DNA of 63,497 nucleotides, filler included, from Chiloscyllium plagiosum (taxonomy: Eukaryota), in the NCBI RefSeq assembly GCF_004010195.1. It is 4 parts of one record of this genome, joined end to end, with 100 filler letters (N's around TTAATTAATTAA, not from the genome) between each part and the next. Parts side by side here need not be neighbours in the genome. Positions count along the whole stretch, not along the records: positions 42,461 to 60,226 come from NC_057710.1; positions 60,327 to 63,497 come from NC_057710.1; 2 more parts are not named here. The stretch is one strand, 5' to 3'. This document shows, piece after piece, positions 51,653 to 63,497 of the stretch (its first letter is position 1; every line of letters begins with the position of its first letter). Under the pieces are notes generated by a model, which was not told the origin of the DNA, ran no database searches, and saw only the letters and a program-made list of their open reading frames with translations. Position numbers and translations under genes: made by a program.

Positions 51653-51911
51653 ATTAGAATCCCTACAGTGTGGAAACAGGCCCAACTAGTCCACACCGAC
51701 CCTCCAAAGAGTAACCCACCCAGACCAATTCACCTGGCTCTATGGGCAATTTAGAATGGCCAATTCACCTGACCTGCACATCCTTGGACTGTGGGAGGAA
51801 TTCGGAGCACCCGGAGGAAACCCACGCAGACAGATGCCCAAGGCTGGAATTGAACCTGGGACCCTGGTACTGGGAGATAGCAGTGCTAACCACTGAGCTA
51901 CTGTGTCGCCC
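51653..51911 (-). mobile_element. HE1-like SINE in the intron between the two exons
   Basis: Reverse-complement A/B boxes, core and tail. Confidence 0.85.
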
Positions 51912-52526
51912 TGAATCATCAATCCCTAATTGGCCTGGTGAACATAACATTTCATGGGGGGATACCATCAACTGATCCAATCATCTGCTTTCTTTTCTAA
52001 ACATATCAATTAAAACCCTTAGATTCTTTCTCAATGTGTCATCTCTTCCCTTTCTGAAGCTTTGTTTGACCACTCTTTCATTTGTGAATGATCCTTATTA
52101 TAAAGAGCTCTTGTCAGACCTAACTATTTCACAAATATTTAACATGTGGGTCAGTGAAACCTAACCAACTTATCAATTCTCATCATCATCCTAAGAAGAG
52201 TCAGAAGATAGAATTTCGGCACCCCGATTTATGTTAACACTGCTGGTGAACTGAAACCAAATCTCAGAATCCCAGAAATACATCTGGGAGGAATCATGGA
52301 GTCAGCAGAACATCTGGCCACGGATGTTATACACAAAATCTGAACTGTGCTTCTTTATTCAGTAGACCCTTGTGCTTCTGCTCTCAGAGAATCAGCACAT
52401 TACACAAAAAACATTCAATTCTTTGATACTAAAGCTCAAGTTGATTTTATTTGGTGAAGACAACTGTGTATCTCTCAGACGATCTGCTCTTCAATACCAA
52501 ACAGCAGACAATTGTAATTGTTTCAG

Positions 52527-52663
52527 GTCCAGAAAGTACTCAATGCTGGCTGGAAGTAACTTGCTCATCAAAAGCGTGACTGAACAAGATGCCGGGCTTT
52601 ATACATGTGTTGCCAACTCTGAGAATAAGACAGTCGGTGCCTCAGCAGAGCTCTCTGTGATGG
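52527..52663 (+). CDS. DCC: Next coding exon of the same gene, C-terminal half of Ig domain 3 (equivalent to DCC exon 5)
   Basis: tttcAG acceptor at 52525-26, GT donor at 52664 (G|GTATGT); 137 bp. Phase joins the previous exon in frame (AG+G = Arg). Translation SRKYSMLAGSNLLIKSVTEQDAGLYTCVANSENKTVGASAELSVM has the Ig DxGxYxC motif and resembles DCC SKKYSLLGGSNLLI...YTCV...ASAELTVL. Confidence 0.9.
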
Positions 52664-53384
52664 GTATGTTTAATCTGATAATTTATCTAGTAATGGTGTC
52701 ACTTAGCATGTCATGCAAAAACTCTATTAAAAATATTGAATGTTTTAGACAACAGTCTTGTTCAACTGTGTTCCAATAATTGCTTTTACGTCTATGAGCA
52801 AATAGTCAGTTAGATTGTGTAAAAGTTATGCCAGAGAAACTTTGGTAAAACATAATTGTGACAGTTACAAATTGTAATGCCACACCCATTTGAGCTGGAT
52901 GAAGGACCAAAATAGACAGAGATTTTCAACTGCTAAAATTTCAACTTTTCTTTGAGACCATTATGAGCTGATACTAAAATGAGGAGGCTGTGTTTAGAGA
53001 TGTATCTCTTTTGTAATAATAACCAGAGAAATCATGAGTAGTGTGAGATATTGAAGAATATTGTTTTAAAAAATCTGCAAACCTTATCCAATGCATTAAT
53101 AAGTATACACTAAATCAGTGTATACTTGAAAACAACTAGCAAAATGGAGCAGACATGTCTCATTTGCAAATGTTTTTTATTGCCTTTTTTGGTGAGTTCA
53201 AATGTTTGTGATAAAGACAAAGTTGTAAGTGAACTTTTTGAACACACAGTTGCAACAGAATGGGATTGATTTTTATTCGTCCTCCCATTCTTAGATAAAC
53301 AATAAAAGAAAATCATAAGGAAACAATGTCATTTTCCTCTCATTTAACTTAATGATAATCATTGTTAAGGTGCACAACTTATTC

Positions 53385-55282
53385 TCTCAGCCCTGCACAG
53401 CTCGCTTCTATCTCCTTCTGAAAATCCACAAACAGGACTAGCTACCCATTGTTTCAGCCTGCTCCTGCCCCATGGAACTCGTGTCTTCCTACCTTGACTC
53501 AGTCTTCTCTCCATGGCCCAGTCCTAGCCCACTTACACCTGTGATTCCTCTGTTTTGGAATTTCCAGTTTACAGGCCCCAGCTGCCTCCTCTTTCCCAAG
53601 GACATGCAATCCCTTTACACGTCCATCCCCCACCAGGATGGTCTCAGGGCTCTCCGCTTCTTCCTGGAGCAAGGGTCTGAATCATCTCCACCCACCACCC
53701 TCCTCCACCTGGCCGAGCTCATCCTCACCTCAACAACTTCTCTTTTAACTCCTTTCATTTTTCCTCAGGTCAAAGGGGTGGCCATGGGTGCCAGCATGGG
53801 CTCCCAATTAAGCCTGTCTCTTCATGGGGTATTGGAACATTCCTTGTTACAGTCCTATTCAGGCCCCCACCAACAATTCTTTCTGTGATACATTGATATA
53901 TCATCGGTGCTGCTTCGCTTTCTTGTTCAGAATTGAAAAAATACATCGACTCCACTTCCAATTTCCATCCCGCCCTCACTTTCATCTGGCCTATCTCTGA
54001 CTCCTTCCTTCCTTGATATCTCTGTTTCCATTTCTGGGGATAGATTGGCCACTGACATCCACTCTCAACCCACCAACTCCCCACAGTTACCTGAACTATG
54101 CATCCTCACATCCTGATTCCTGTAAAAACTCCATTCCATCTCTCAGTTCCTCCATCCCCATCGCATATGTTCCAAAAGGGCCAACTTCATCAAGGGAGAC
54201 TCCGAAATGCCCCACCCTCTTCCTCAACTGAGGATCCCCCAGCACTGTTGACGAGAAGATCCTCAACGAGGTCCAAACCATTTCCTGCACTACTGTCCTC
54301 ATCCCCTCTTCTCCCTCTCACAACAGCGATAGGTTTGCCCTTGTCCTTACCTACCATTCCACCAGCATCCACATCCAGAGGATCATCAGCTGCCATTTCT
54401 GCCACCTCCAGCGAAATGCTGCATATATTCCCCTCCCCTCCCTTGTCCGCCTTCCGCAGGGATCCCTCCCTCTGGTTCCCCGCTGTTCCACTCTTTCTTC
54501 ACTCCCAACACCTCACCATGCCCCACATCATCTTCCCTGCAGCGGCCAAAGGTGTAACACCTGCCCATTTACCTCCTCTCTCCTCTGTAGCCAAGGGACC
54601 TAACATACCTTCCAGATGAAACAGAACTTTACCTGCAGTTCTCACAATGTAGTCTACCACATTCACTGCTTATAATGTGGTCTCCTCTATATTGGGGAAA
54701 CGAAGAGGAAACTGGGTGACCGCTTCACAGAACATTTACATTCTGCCCACAAAAAATACCTTGAGCTTCTTGTTGTCTGTCACTTTAACACACCGCCCTG
54801 TTCTCTACCCAGCATCTCTGCCTCAGGTTTGCTGCAGTGTTCCAGTGAAGCTCAGTGCAAGCTGGAAGAACAGCACCTCATAGGCTCCAGACTCAATATC
54901 GAGTTCAAAATTTTCAGGCAGGAGCTCCCTCATGACCTAGCTCCCTACCACACACTCCAGGCCTTGTTATCACACAGTCTGCCATTACACAGTACCTATT
55001 GTTAGTCACTAAGAGTCCCCATTAACAGCTATTCACCCTCCCAGCCAGATCGTTATCCTCTCCTTTGTCTATCCAACTGTTCTTCTCTTTCTCTGGGCTC
55101 AATCCCTACCTATTGTTTACTCCTTGCTCCCTCCTCCCTCCCTATCTTCTGCATATAAACTGACATTTTCCAAGCTACCATCTGTCTTGAAGAAGGGTCA
55201 CCACACCCAAAACATTAACTTTGATTTCTCTTCACAGATGTTGCCAGACCTGCTGAGCTTTTTGAGCAACTTCTGTTTTTGT
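53385..55282 (+). mobile_element. Penelope-like retroelement, 5'-truncated and frameshifted: RT, GIY-YIG endonuclease, 3' terminus
   Basis: KIHK..PIVSACSCP, DMQSLYTSIP, GVAMG, YID, YLNYASSHP, then VVYHIHC..CGLLYIGETKRKLGDRFTEH; terminus with degenerate tgaagaagggtc...ccc.aaac near 55189-55215. Confidence 0.9.
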
Positions 55283-58059
55283 TATAGTTTTTTAATCTGT
55301 TTACTGGACTTCATTTGGATGAAGTTCAACACCCAGGTGCTAAAAATGAGAATTATCTTCTGTGTCATGCTGTAATTATACAATACACTCTTCCTTAGAA
55401 TGACAGTCGCAAAGCGTGCACCCGTCAATTTAAATATGATAATCCTGGCAATGTCATATTGATAAGAATATGTAAAATCCCCCTTAATGTTAGGGAGGAG
55501 GAAGTACAGCTAGCTCACTGATGTATACATTCAGTGGCTGGTTTCAGTTTAGCACTAAAAGTAGGCAATTGCCCCAAATATTCCTGAAAAGACACCTTTG
55601 TGGAAAAGACTGATAAAGTTTGTTTGTTATTGCCTTTTTTTAATAAATTGAAAGTTTTGAAAAATGAATCATTGTGAGATTTTGCACTGCTTGGTCTGCT
55701 TGCAAAAGTGCTGGAGGAGGCTGAAGATTGAAAGCCCTGTGATCTAACATGAGTACCTACCATTTTCACAGGGGGGAGAATGGGATCAGATGGTATTTCT
55801 CACATTTTTGAAGGTTTTTGGCCAGAAGCTGACAGATGTCTCCACTCTGTTCTGATTTTGATGACCCAGGTGTGCAAAATTCAATGTGCACAGGTTAGAC
55901 TTGGTAAGAGCTTTGTGGATTTATTTTCATAACCAAGGTACCCTCTGGATATAGTGCTAGGATACTTTGGGAAAAAGGAAATGTTCTTTGGGGTTGTTAA
56001 AAACAGATGTTCATCTGTGTAAAATGTACATAAGCTCATTTACTGTCATTTTCATTGGAACTGATGATAGACACTTAGAGCTTTATATTATTTAATCTCA
56101 ACAATTGCCCTGAAATTTTCCCATGATGTACTGGGTGAGTTTCCATGTTAGATGGAAAGGAAAAGAGTGGTAGGGGATTTGGATTAGCATGAGTTAGCAT
56201 TAAATTGACATAGAGGGCCATGACTGTAGGCACTAAAGATAGATTGGCGTGGACAGTATGAGGGATTGTGGGGGTTATGTAAAGGTGCATAGATTGGCAT
56301 GAAGGGCATGAGGAAAACATTCATTCAGTTATACACTTAGACAAGTGACATGAGCAGAGATTCTAGTGACTCACTTGCTGATTATTCCTGCCTCATGGTG
56401 AGGAAGTGTCTGTTGAAGCATTCCTGAGGTCTGCAATCAATACTTTGTGATTAGTGAGCATCAATCTCTGCCCTACCATCTGCTGGAGCACCAATGTATT
56501 GGTCCTCTGCATAGATGACAGTCATGTACAAGTTTCTATTTTATGAAACTACATAATGTTAAAGTGCATGCTTTTAGAACATATTACTTTCATTCTGTTG
56601 TGTCATTCCCATTTTTCAGTTTGCTGTAGTCCATTTGACTGATCTTAAGGCTGAGAGAGCGGTAATTCATGAGGCAATCCTATAAGGCTATAGTTTGATT
56701 GTAAGCTCTGTGCCTGAGTAAAGTTCTTTTTTTTAATCACAACTTACCCTATTTCTCTTCTAAAGGAACCAACTCTCTTCAACTATTCAACTATTCTCTG
56801 CTGCTTCAGCCTGGTGTTGATGCTTCCTGTCTGAGTTTTTGTGTGAGGCACTTAGCATTGGAGGAGATCAGCCGTCACACCATCCTGTAATCTCATGATG
56901 TTTGAACATTCTATCACCTCAGGTTTTTTTTCCCTGTAGTTGATCCTGAATTAATAAAGCTTTAGTCTCATGATCGCATTGAGCTTCTTCAAAGGGCAAA
57001 TTCACATATTAGCTTTTTAACTAGTAATTTAGAATCTTTGGTGATACAACATGTTACATGCAGAAGTATGTTATGGAACAGAAAACTAGACATTTCATTA
57101 TTCAGCCACATGTAAATAGAAATTTCATTGCAGCAACCTCATCAGTGCAATGCACTTTGCATGCTTCAGCTCAAATACACAACATTGTAACATCTCAAAG
57201 TGAATTGATTTCCCTTCAAAGAATTTCTTAAGAGTTTCATCCTTTTTATTTGAATGGCTTCTTTGTTATTACAATTTTAGCATCATAGGGCTGTATGTCT
57301 GTGTTGGTATTTGATCACACTAAGCGACCAGCTGTACTAATTCAGCATGATGCCATTAAAGATATCACAATTCAATTAATACTCTGTGCTCCACTTGTAT
57401 CATTGAAGTTGAACTGCTACATTTGGTTTAGGATCAAAAACAAGGAAATACAGTTAGCGTCGCTACTGTTGATCACCACTTTGTGACTATTACAGAAAAG
57501 TACATGATGTGAATGTTGGATGAATATAGGACCAAATCTGGCTGCAATGGAATAAATGGTGAAATTGTGATGAAGCTGCTCCTTTAACGAGGTTAGCTTG
57601 TCCTTGTTCTTTATTTCAGAGTGGTCTTAAAGACATAGGTTCCAGGGTGTCTAATTTTGATGGATTTTAGGGCCTATTTGAAAAGAATCAGGGTTCTGTA
57701 CATGGGAGTATTGGAGGAGCCTGGAGATCTCAGAGCATTACAGGGTTGGACGAGGTTCTTGAGTGAGTGAGCATGTCTCTGTGGATGATTTGAAAGCAAG
57801 GGAAATCATTTTAAAACTGCTTAACATGTGTCAGTAAACGAATGGATGGATGATGGATGAATAGGATCAGTAACCTCGGAAAAAGAAGATTGAAAACTTG
57901 AGGGGGAAAATGTTTCCTTCACTAACATTTTTAAAATATCACTTTTCCTGTTGAAGGTGGAAAACTGTAATAATAATTTAATGGATAGTCATTCTCTGTT
58001 GATTCATGATGTAGATAAAAATACTGCATTTGAGTTATATCATCATCATTGTTCAACTA

Positions 58060-59190
58060 CTACACAGTAATAGAGGCATAGAGTCTTAGAGTGTTGCCTC
58101 CCTGGTGCAAGGGTCAGGTATGTCCCTGAGCAGTAACAGAGGGAAGGTGATAAGGCAGAGGTTGTGTTGCACATTTGTACCACATTGAAATAGTTAGAAT
58201 GAGTGATGAAATCCTGCATCAGGAGTTCAGGGAGATGGTCAGTAGAGGTAAGAAGCAGGACGTCGAAGGCGGCAGAACAAGTTAATGGGGTGGGTAAGAA
58301 AGCGCACTAGAAACTTGCCTTTATCATCAACGCACAGATGATAAGAGCAGAGAGGTCATGTTGGAGCTGTACAGAACTTTGGTTAGGCCACTGCTGGAGT
58401 ACTGTGTGCAGTTCTAGTCACCACACCTGAGGAAGGAATTGTTCTGAAAGGGGAGATTCACTCGTATGTTGCCTGGAATGGAACATTTCAACTATGAGGA
58501 GAGGCTGGATAAGCTTGGATTGTTTTCTTTGGAGAAGTTTAAGGGAGACCTAATAAAGGTCTATGAGATTATGAAAGGCATGGACAGGATGAATAGAATA
58601 TGGTTCTGAGAGAGGCCCATTCGACCTGAAATGTTAATCCTGGTTTCTCTCCACAGATGCTGCCAGACCTGCAGAGGTTTTCCAGAAATTTCTGTTTTTG
58701 TTTGTGAACAGAATGCAACCATTCCCCTTAGTTAAAAGGTGAATAACAAGGTGGCATAATTTTCAAGTGGAAAACACTGGGATTGGAAGAGATGTGAGGA
58801 AAAGTAGAGTCTAGATTAGTGTGGTGCTGGAAAAGCACAGCAGGTCAGGCAGCATTCGAGGAGCCTGAAAATCAACTACAGATGCTGGAAATCAGAGTCT
58901 AGATTAGCGTGGTACTGGAAAAACACAGCAGGTCAGGTGGCATCAGAGGAGCAAGAAAAGCAGAACAAGTAGAAAATGTATTGTAGGTAGACACAGTAGA
59001 AAATGTGGGTGGTGATGTGATGTGGAATGCACTGCCTGGAAACCTCTCAGCCTTGATAAAAGTACTTTGATCAGCGGTTGAAATGGCATAAAATTCAAGG
59101 CTGAAGGCCTAGCGCAGGAAAGTGCAAGTAATAGTGTATTTGTGGTGGTGCAGACTTGATGGACCCAAGGTGTTCTTCTGTATTGAATGA
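58060..59190 (+). mobile_element. CR1 fragment with nested PLE termini (58600-58704 on +; 58806-58959 on -, tandem)
   Basis: MLELYRTLVRPLLEYCVQF motif near 58360-58415; CR1 tail near 59150; inserts recognisable by terminus motifs. Confidence 0.8.
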
Positions 59191-59242
59191 TTTATTATGC
59201 AGCACTCCAGTGTAATAACAATAAAGTAGGCTTGAACTTAAA

Positions 59243-59375
59243 TGAAAATAAAAATAGAAAGTGCTGGAGAAACAGGATTCAACATGTTAATTCTTGTTTC
59301 TCTCTCCCCAGATGCTTCCAGATCTGTTCAGTTTCTCCAGCACTTTCTGTTTTTATTTCAGATTTTCAGCATCCA
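59243..59375. repeat. Fold-back of two inverted PLE-type termini
   Basis: tgaaaataaaaatagaaagtgctggagaaac is the near reverse complement of gtttctccagcactttctgtttttatttca. Confidence 0.75.
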
Positions 59376-59490
59376 CTGAATTTTACTTTTATTTGTACTT
59401 CAATGGACTTGGCTTTCTGAAGCAAGGTTGATGTGCTTCCACTGAACCAAGACTAATATGTGGCTTATAGAATGAAAGACACCTACTCAA

Positions 59491-60226
59491 ATGGGCAACA
59501 TGAAATGCATTTACTTTAATGCCAGGAGTAAAGCGTGTAAGGCAGATGACCTTAGGGCTTGGATTGGTGCCTGGGATTATGACATTATTGCCATCACAGA
59601 AACTTGGTTGAAGGAAGGGCATGATGATTGGCAACTAAATGTTCCAGGACATAGATGTTTCAGACAGAATAGGGAGGGAAGTAAAAGAGGGGGAGGAGTT
59701 GCATTGCTGGTCAGGGATGATATCACAGCTGTGCAAAAGGAGGACACTATGGCGGCTTTGGCTAGTAAGGCATTATGGGTGGAGCTGAGAAATAAGAAGG
59801 GTGCAGTTACATTGTTAGGGCTGTATTACAGACCTCCCAACAGTGAGCGTGAGGTAGAAGAACAAATAGATAAACAGATTATGAATAGATGTAGAGGCAA
59901 TAGGGTAGTGGTGATGGGAGATTTTAATTTTCCCAACATTGACTGGGATATACTTAGCATCAGAGGTCTGGATGGGGTAGAATTTGTACGAAGCGTCCAG
60001 GAGAGTTTTCTCGGAGTATGTCAATAGTCTGATGAGGGAAGAGGCCACATTGAACCTGATACTGGGGAACAAGCCAGGACAAGTGGTAGAAGTTGCGGTG
60101 GGGGATTTCTTTGGGAAGAATGACCACAATTCTGTAAGTTTTATAATACTTGTAGATAAAGAAGAGAGTGGTCCTAAGGGAAGGGTGCTAAACTGGGCCA
60201 AGGCCAATTATATCAAAATTAGGCAG
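59491..60226 (+). mobile_element. Young CR1 ORF2 N-terminus (APE endonuclease) with one frameshift near 60010, running into a gap
   Basis: CIYFNARS, IIAITETWL, GGGVALLV, YYRPPN, MGDFNFP, then TLNLILGN...NDHNSV in the next frame. Confidence 0.92.
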
Positions 60227-60559
60227 NNNNNNNNNNNNNNNNNNNNNNNNNNNNNNNNNNNNNNNNNNNNTTAATTAATTAANNNNNNNNNNNNNNNNNN
60301 NNNNNNNNNNNNNNNNNNNNNNNNNNCTTTCAATTTCCACTGTTACATTTATTATGCATCGTCACAGTATCCTACCTGAATGGACTCTCTTCCATTCTCT
60401 TAGCTTACCTCCCGATCGCATCTGCTCTAATGATGAGGCATATAGCGGGAGGTACCGGGGGAAAGGCGGTGCGTTATGCTCAGGAAAGTTTTGTTTTGGC
60501 AGTGAAGATTCCTGGCACCGTCAATGACAGGGCTCTCAGCAGGACCTTTACTTAAAACG

Positions 60560-61049
60560 ATGAAAGGTTCACTGTTGTACTGAACTGAAAACCCAGTAGT
60601 CCTTGCATCTGCAAGTTCGTAAGGAAGCATAATCATCAGCCACAGGGTGGAATATAGGAGGAAGGAAGTATTGTTGCAGACTCTAAAGAAAGATATGGTT
60701 AGTCCACAGTCTGCGCGGGTCCAATCGCTACAAAATCGGCAGGGAACAATTGCACTGCAGAGATTGCAGAGAGGTTTCACGGGATGTTCCCTGAAGTGAG
60801 AGGTCTCAGCAAAAAGTTAACTTTTGTTTGGGGTCTGTGGAGCAGAAGAGGCTAAGGGGGCAATTGATGCAGACATAATGGTGAGTGATATAGACTGGGC
60901 CGATTGTGATAAATACTTCCGCGATGTAGGCATGTCTTAGACCAATTGAATTAAGGTTAAAGTGAAAAATGAAGCATTTCGCGAGGATCTGATGGAAAAG
61001 CAAATTACCCAGGGGATGGGTCAAATATGGAACATGTTGCCTGAGAGGG
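60560..61049 (+). mobile_element. Old CR1 3' fragment interrupted at 61050 by the PLE/satellite composite
   Basis: Decayed LQLY..LVR, RVQR.FT.M motifs; ends at ...gttgcctgagaggg. Confidence 0.6.
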
Positions 61050-61172
61050 TAGCTTATCTCTCCATGCTTCAGGCTCTCTGCCTTTATTCCTGATGAAGGG
61101 CTTTTGCCCGAAACGTCGATTTTGCCTGTCCTCGGATGCTGCCTGAATTGCTGTGCTCTTCCAGCACCACTG
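61050..61172 (+). mobile_element. Penelope terminal segment (left arm of inverted pair) with intact hammerhead core at 61090-61117
   Basis: CUGAUGA a GGGC uuuu GCCC GAAAC GUC; 123-bp reverse complement of 63166-63288. Confidence 0.88.
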
Positions 61173-63124
61173 AGGTACAGGAGATGGATTGGATAGAGCT
61201 GAGGTACAGGAGATTGATTGCATAGAGCTGAGGTACAGGTGATTGATTGGATAGAGCTGTGGTACAGGAGGTGGATTGGATCGGGCTGAGGTACAGGAGA
61301 TGGATTGGATAGGGCTGAGGTACAGGAGATGGATTGGATAGGGCTGAGGTACAGGAGATGGATTGGACAGAGCTGAGGTAGAGGTGATAGACTGGATAGG
61401 ACTGAGGTACAGGAGATGGATTGGATAGAGCTGAGGTACAGAGGATGGATTGGATAGAGCTGAGGTAGAGGAGATGGATTGGATAGGGCTGAGGTACAGG
61501 AGATGGATTGGATCGGGCTGAGGTGTAGGGGATGGATTGGATAGAGCTGAGGTACAGGATATGGATTGGATAGAGCTGAGGTACAGGAGATGGATTGGAT
61601 AGAGCTGAGTACAGGTGATGGATTAGATAGGGCTGAGGTACATGTGATGGATTAGATAGGGCTGAGGTACAGGTGATGGATCGGATAGATCTGAGGTACA
61701 CGATGTGGATTGGATAGGCCTGAGGTACAGTTGATGATTGGATAGAGCTGAGGTACAGGTGATGGATTGGATCGGGGTGAGGTACAGGGGATCGATTGAA
61801 CAGATCTGAGGTACACGATGTGGATTGGATAGGCCTGAGGTACAGGAGATGGATTGGATAGAGCTGAGGTGCAGGAGATGGATTGGATCGAGCTGAGGTA
61901 CAGGAGATGTATTGGATAGGGCTGAAGTACAGGAGATGGAGTGGATAAGACTGAGGTACAGGTGATGGATTGGATAGAGCTGAGGTACAGGAGATGGATT
62001 GGATCGAGGTGAGGTACAGGAGATGGATTGGAAAGGGCTGAGGTACAGGTGATGGAGTGGATAGGGTTTAGGTACAGGTGATGGATTGGATACGGCTGAG
62101 GTACAGGAGATGGAGTGGATAGGGCTGAGGTACAGGTGATGGATTGGATAGAGCTGAGGTACAGGTGATGGATTGGATAGAGCTGAGATACAGGAGATGG
62201 ATTGGATATGGCTGAGGTACAGGAGATGGAGTGGATAGGGCTGAGGTACAGGAGATGGAGTGGATAGAGCTGAGGTACTGGAGATGGATTGAATAGATGT
62301 GAGGTACAGGCGATGGATTGGATAGAGCTGACGTGCAGGAGATGGATTGGACAGGGCTGAGGCGTACGGGATGGAGTGGATGGAGCGGATGTGCAGGAAA
62401 TGGATTGGATGGAGCTGAGGTACAGGTGAGAGATTGGATAGGGTTGAGGTACAGGAGATGGATTGGATAGAGCTGAGGCACAGGAGATGGATTGGATAGA
62501 GCTGAGGTACAGGAGATGGAGTGGATAGGGCTGAGGTACTGGAGATGAATTGGATAGGGCTGAGGTACAGGAGATGGATTGGATAGAGCTGCGGTACAGG
62601 TGATGGATTGGATAAATCTGAGGTAGAGGAGATGGATTGGATAGGGCTGAGGTGTAGTGGATGGATTGGATAGAGCTGAGGTACAGTATATGGATTGGAT
62701 AGGGCTGAGGTACAGGAGATGGTTTGGATAGAGTTGAGGTACAGGAGATGGAGAGGATAGATCTGAGGTACACGAGATGGATTAGATAGGGCTGAGGTGT
62801 AGGGGATGGATTGGATAGAGCTGAGGTACAGGATATGGATTGGATAGAGCTGAGGTACAGGAGTTGGATTAGATAGAGCTGAGGTACAGGTGATGGATTG
62901 GATAGGGCTGAGGTACAGGAGGTGGATTTGATAGATCTGAGGTACAGGAGATGGATTGGATAGATCTGAGATACAGGCGATGCATTGTATAGAGCTGACG
63001 TTCAGGAGATGGATTTGATAGGGCTGAGGCACAGGTGATGGATTGGATCGGGGTGAGGTACAGGAGATTGATTGGATAGAGCTGAGGTACAGGAGGTGGA
63101 TTGGTTCGGCCTGAGGTACAGGAG
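61170..63124. repeat. 29-bp minisatellite, about 67 copies, consensus CTGAGGTACAGGAGATGGATTGGATAG(A/G)G
   Basis: tgagg recurs at 61171, 61200, 61229 and onward; purine-rich + strand. Confidence 0.95.
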
Positions 63125-63497
63125 GTAAAAACAATGACTGCAGATGCTGGAAACCAGATTCTGGACAGTGGTGCTGGAAGAGCACAGCAATTCAGGCAGC
63201 ATCCGAGGACAGGCAAAATCGACGTTTCGGGCAAAAGCCCTTCATCAGGAATAAAGGCAGAGAGCCTGAAGCGTGGAGTGATAAGCTAGAGGAGGGGGGG
63301 GGGGGGGAGAGAGTAGCATAGAGTACAATAGGTCAGTGGGGAAGGAGATGAAGGTGATAGGTCAGGGAAGAGAGGGTGGAGTGGATAGGTGGAAAAGGAG
63401 CTGGGCAGGTCGGACAAGTCCGGACAGGTCAGGGGATCGAGTTTCTGGAGGTTAGAAGCTAGGATGAGGTGGGGGAACGGGAAATGAGGAAACTGTT
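63125..63497 (-). mobile_element. Young Penelope-like element 3' end, continuing off the window, with intact hammerhead core at 63221-63248
   Basis: aatgactgcagatgctggaaaccag...gacgtttcgggcaaaagcccttcatcagg...; CpGs retained; the following purine-rich UTR is homologous to the reverse complement of 28290-28450. Confidence 0.88.

Noticed and set aside
52372..52779. Full 135-aa ORF as a single-exon protein (likewise 49733-49927)
   Set aside because: Only the splice-site-bounded central parts show Ig homology; the flanks are intron read-through.
30013..60282. TTAATTAATTAA motif in three gaps
   Set aside because: Scaffolding linker, not biological sequence.
61170..63124. CRISPR-like array (29-bp repeats)
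   Set aside because: Units are contiguous with no unique spacers, there are no cas genes, and the context is a vertebrate intron.
61084..63234. Long minus-strand ORFs (520, 373, 205 aa)
   Set aside because: Products of the 29-bp repeat lacking stops on that strand; the same peptides cycle through all three frames.

Overview
Vertebrate genomic DNA, almost certainly a shark/elasmobranch (HE1-type tRNA SINEs, abundant HER1/CR1 LINEs, shark-type Penelope termini), with four assembly gaps. The window is almost all intronic sequence of a + strand DCC/neogenin-family netrin-receptor gene. Only two coding exons are visible (49773-49923, 151 bp; 52527-52663, 137 bp), which together encode the third Ig domain; I found no flanking exons. 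The rest is mostly transposon remains: CR1/L2 LINE fragments, SINEs, Penelope-like elements (PLEs, one with recognisable RT and GIY-YIG), two Tigger/pogo-type MITEs, a decayed Gypsy element, a Harbinger Myb-like remnant, a Tx1 retrotransposon pair and a ~1.95 kb 29-bp minisatellite. Most notable observations: (1) several PLE terminal families carry minimal hammerhead-ribozyme motifs with covarying stems, some as ~105-135 bp stand-alone inserts with target-site duplications; (2) a 123-bp inverted pair of ribozyme-bearing PLE termini encloses the 29-bp satellite; (3) an ORF1-only 'half-Tx1' element shares a structured 3' UTR with an adjacent ORF2-bearing Tx1; (4) the DCC-like exons look unexpectedly divergent and partly neogenin-like. 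Repeat boundaries are read by eye and approximate; protein comparisons are from memory, not searches.
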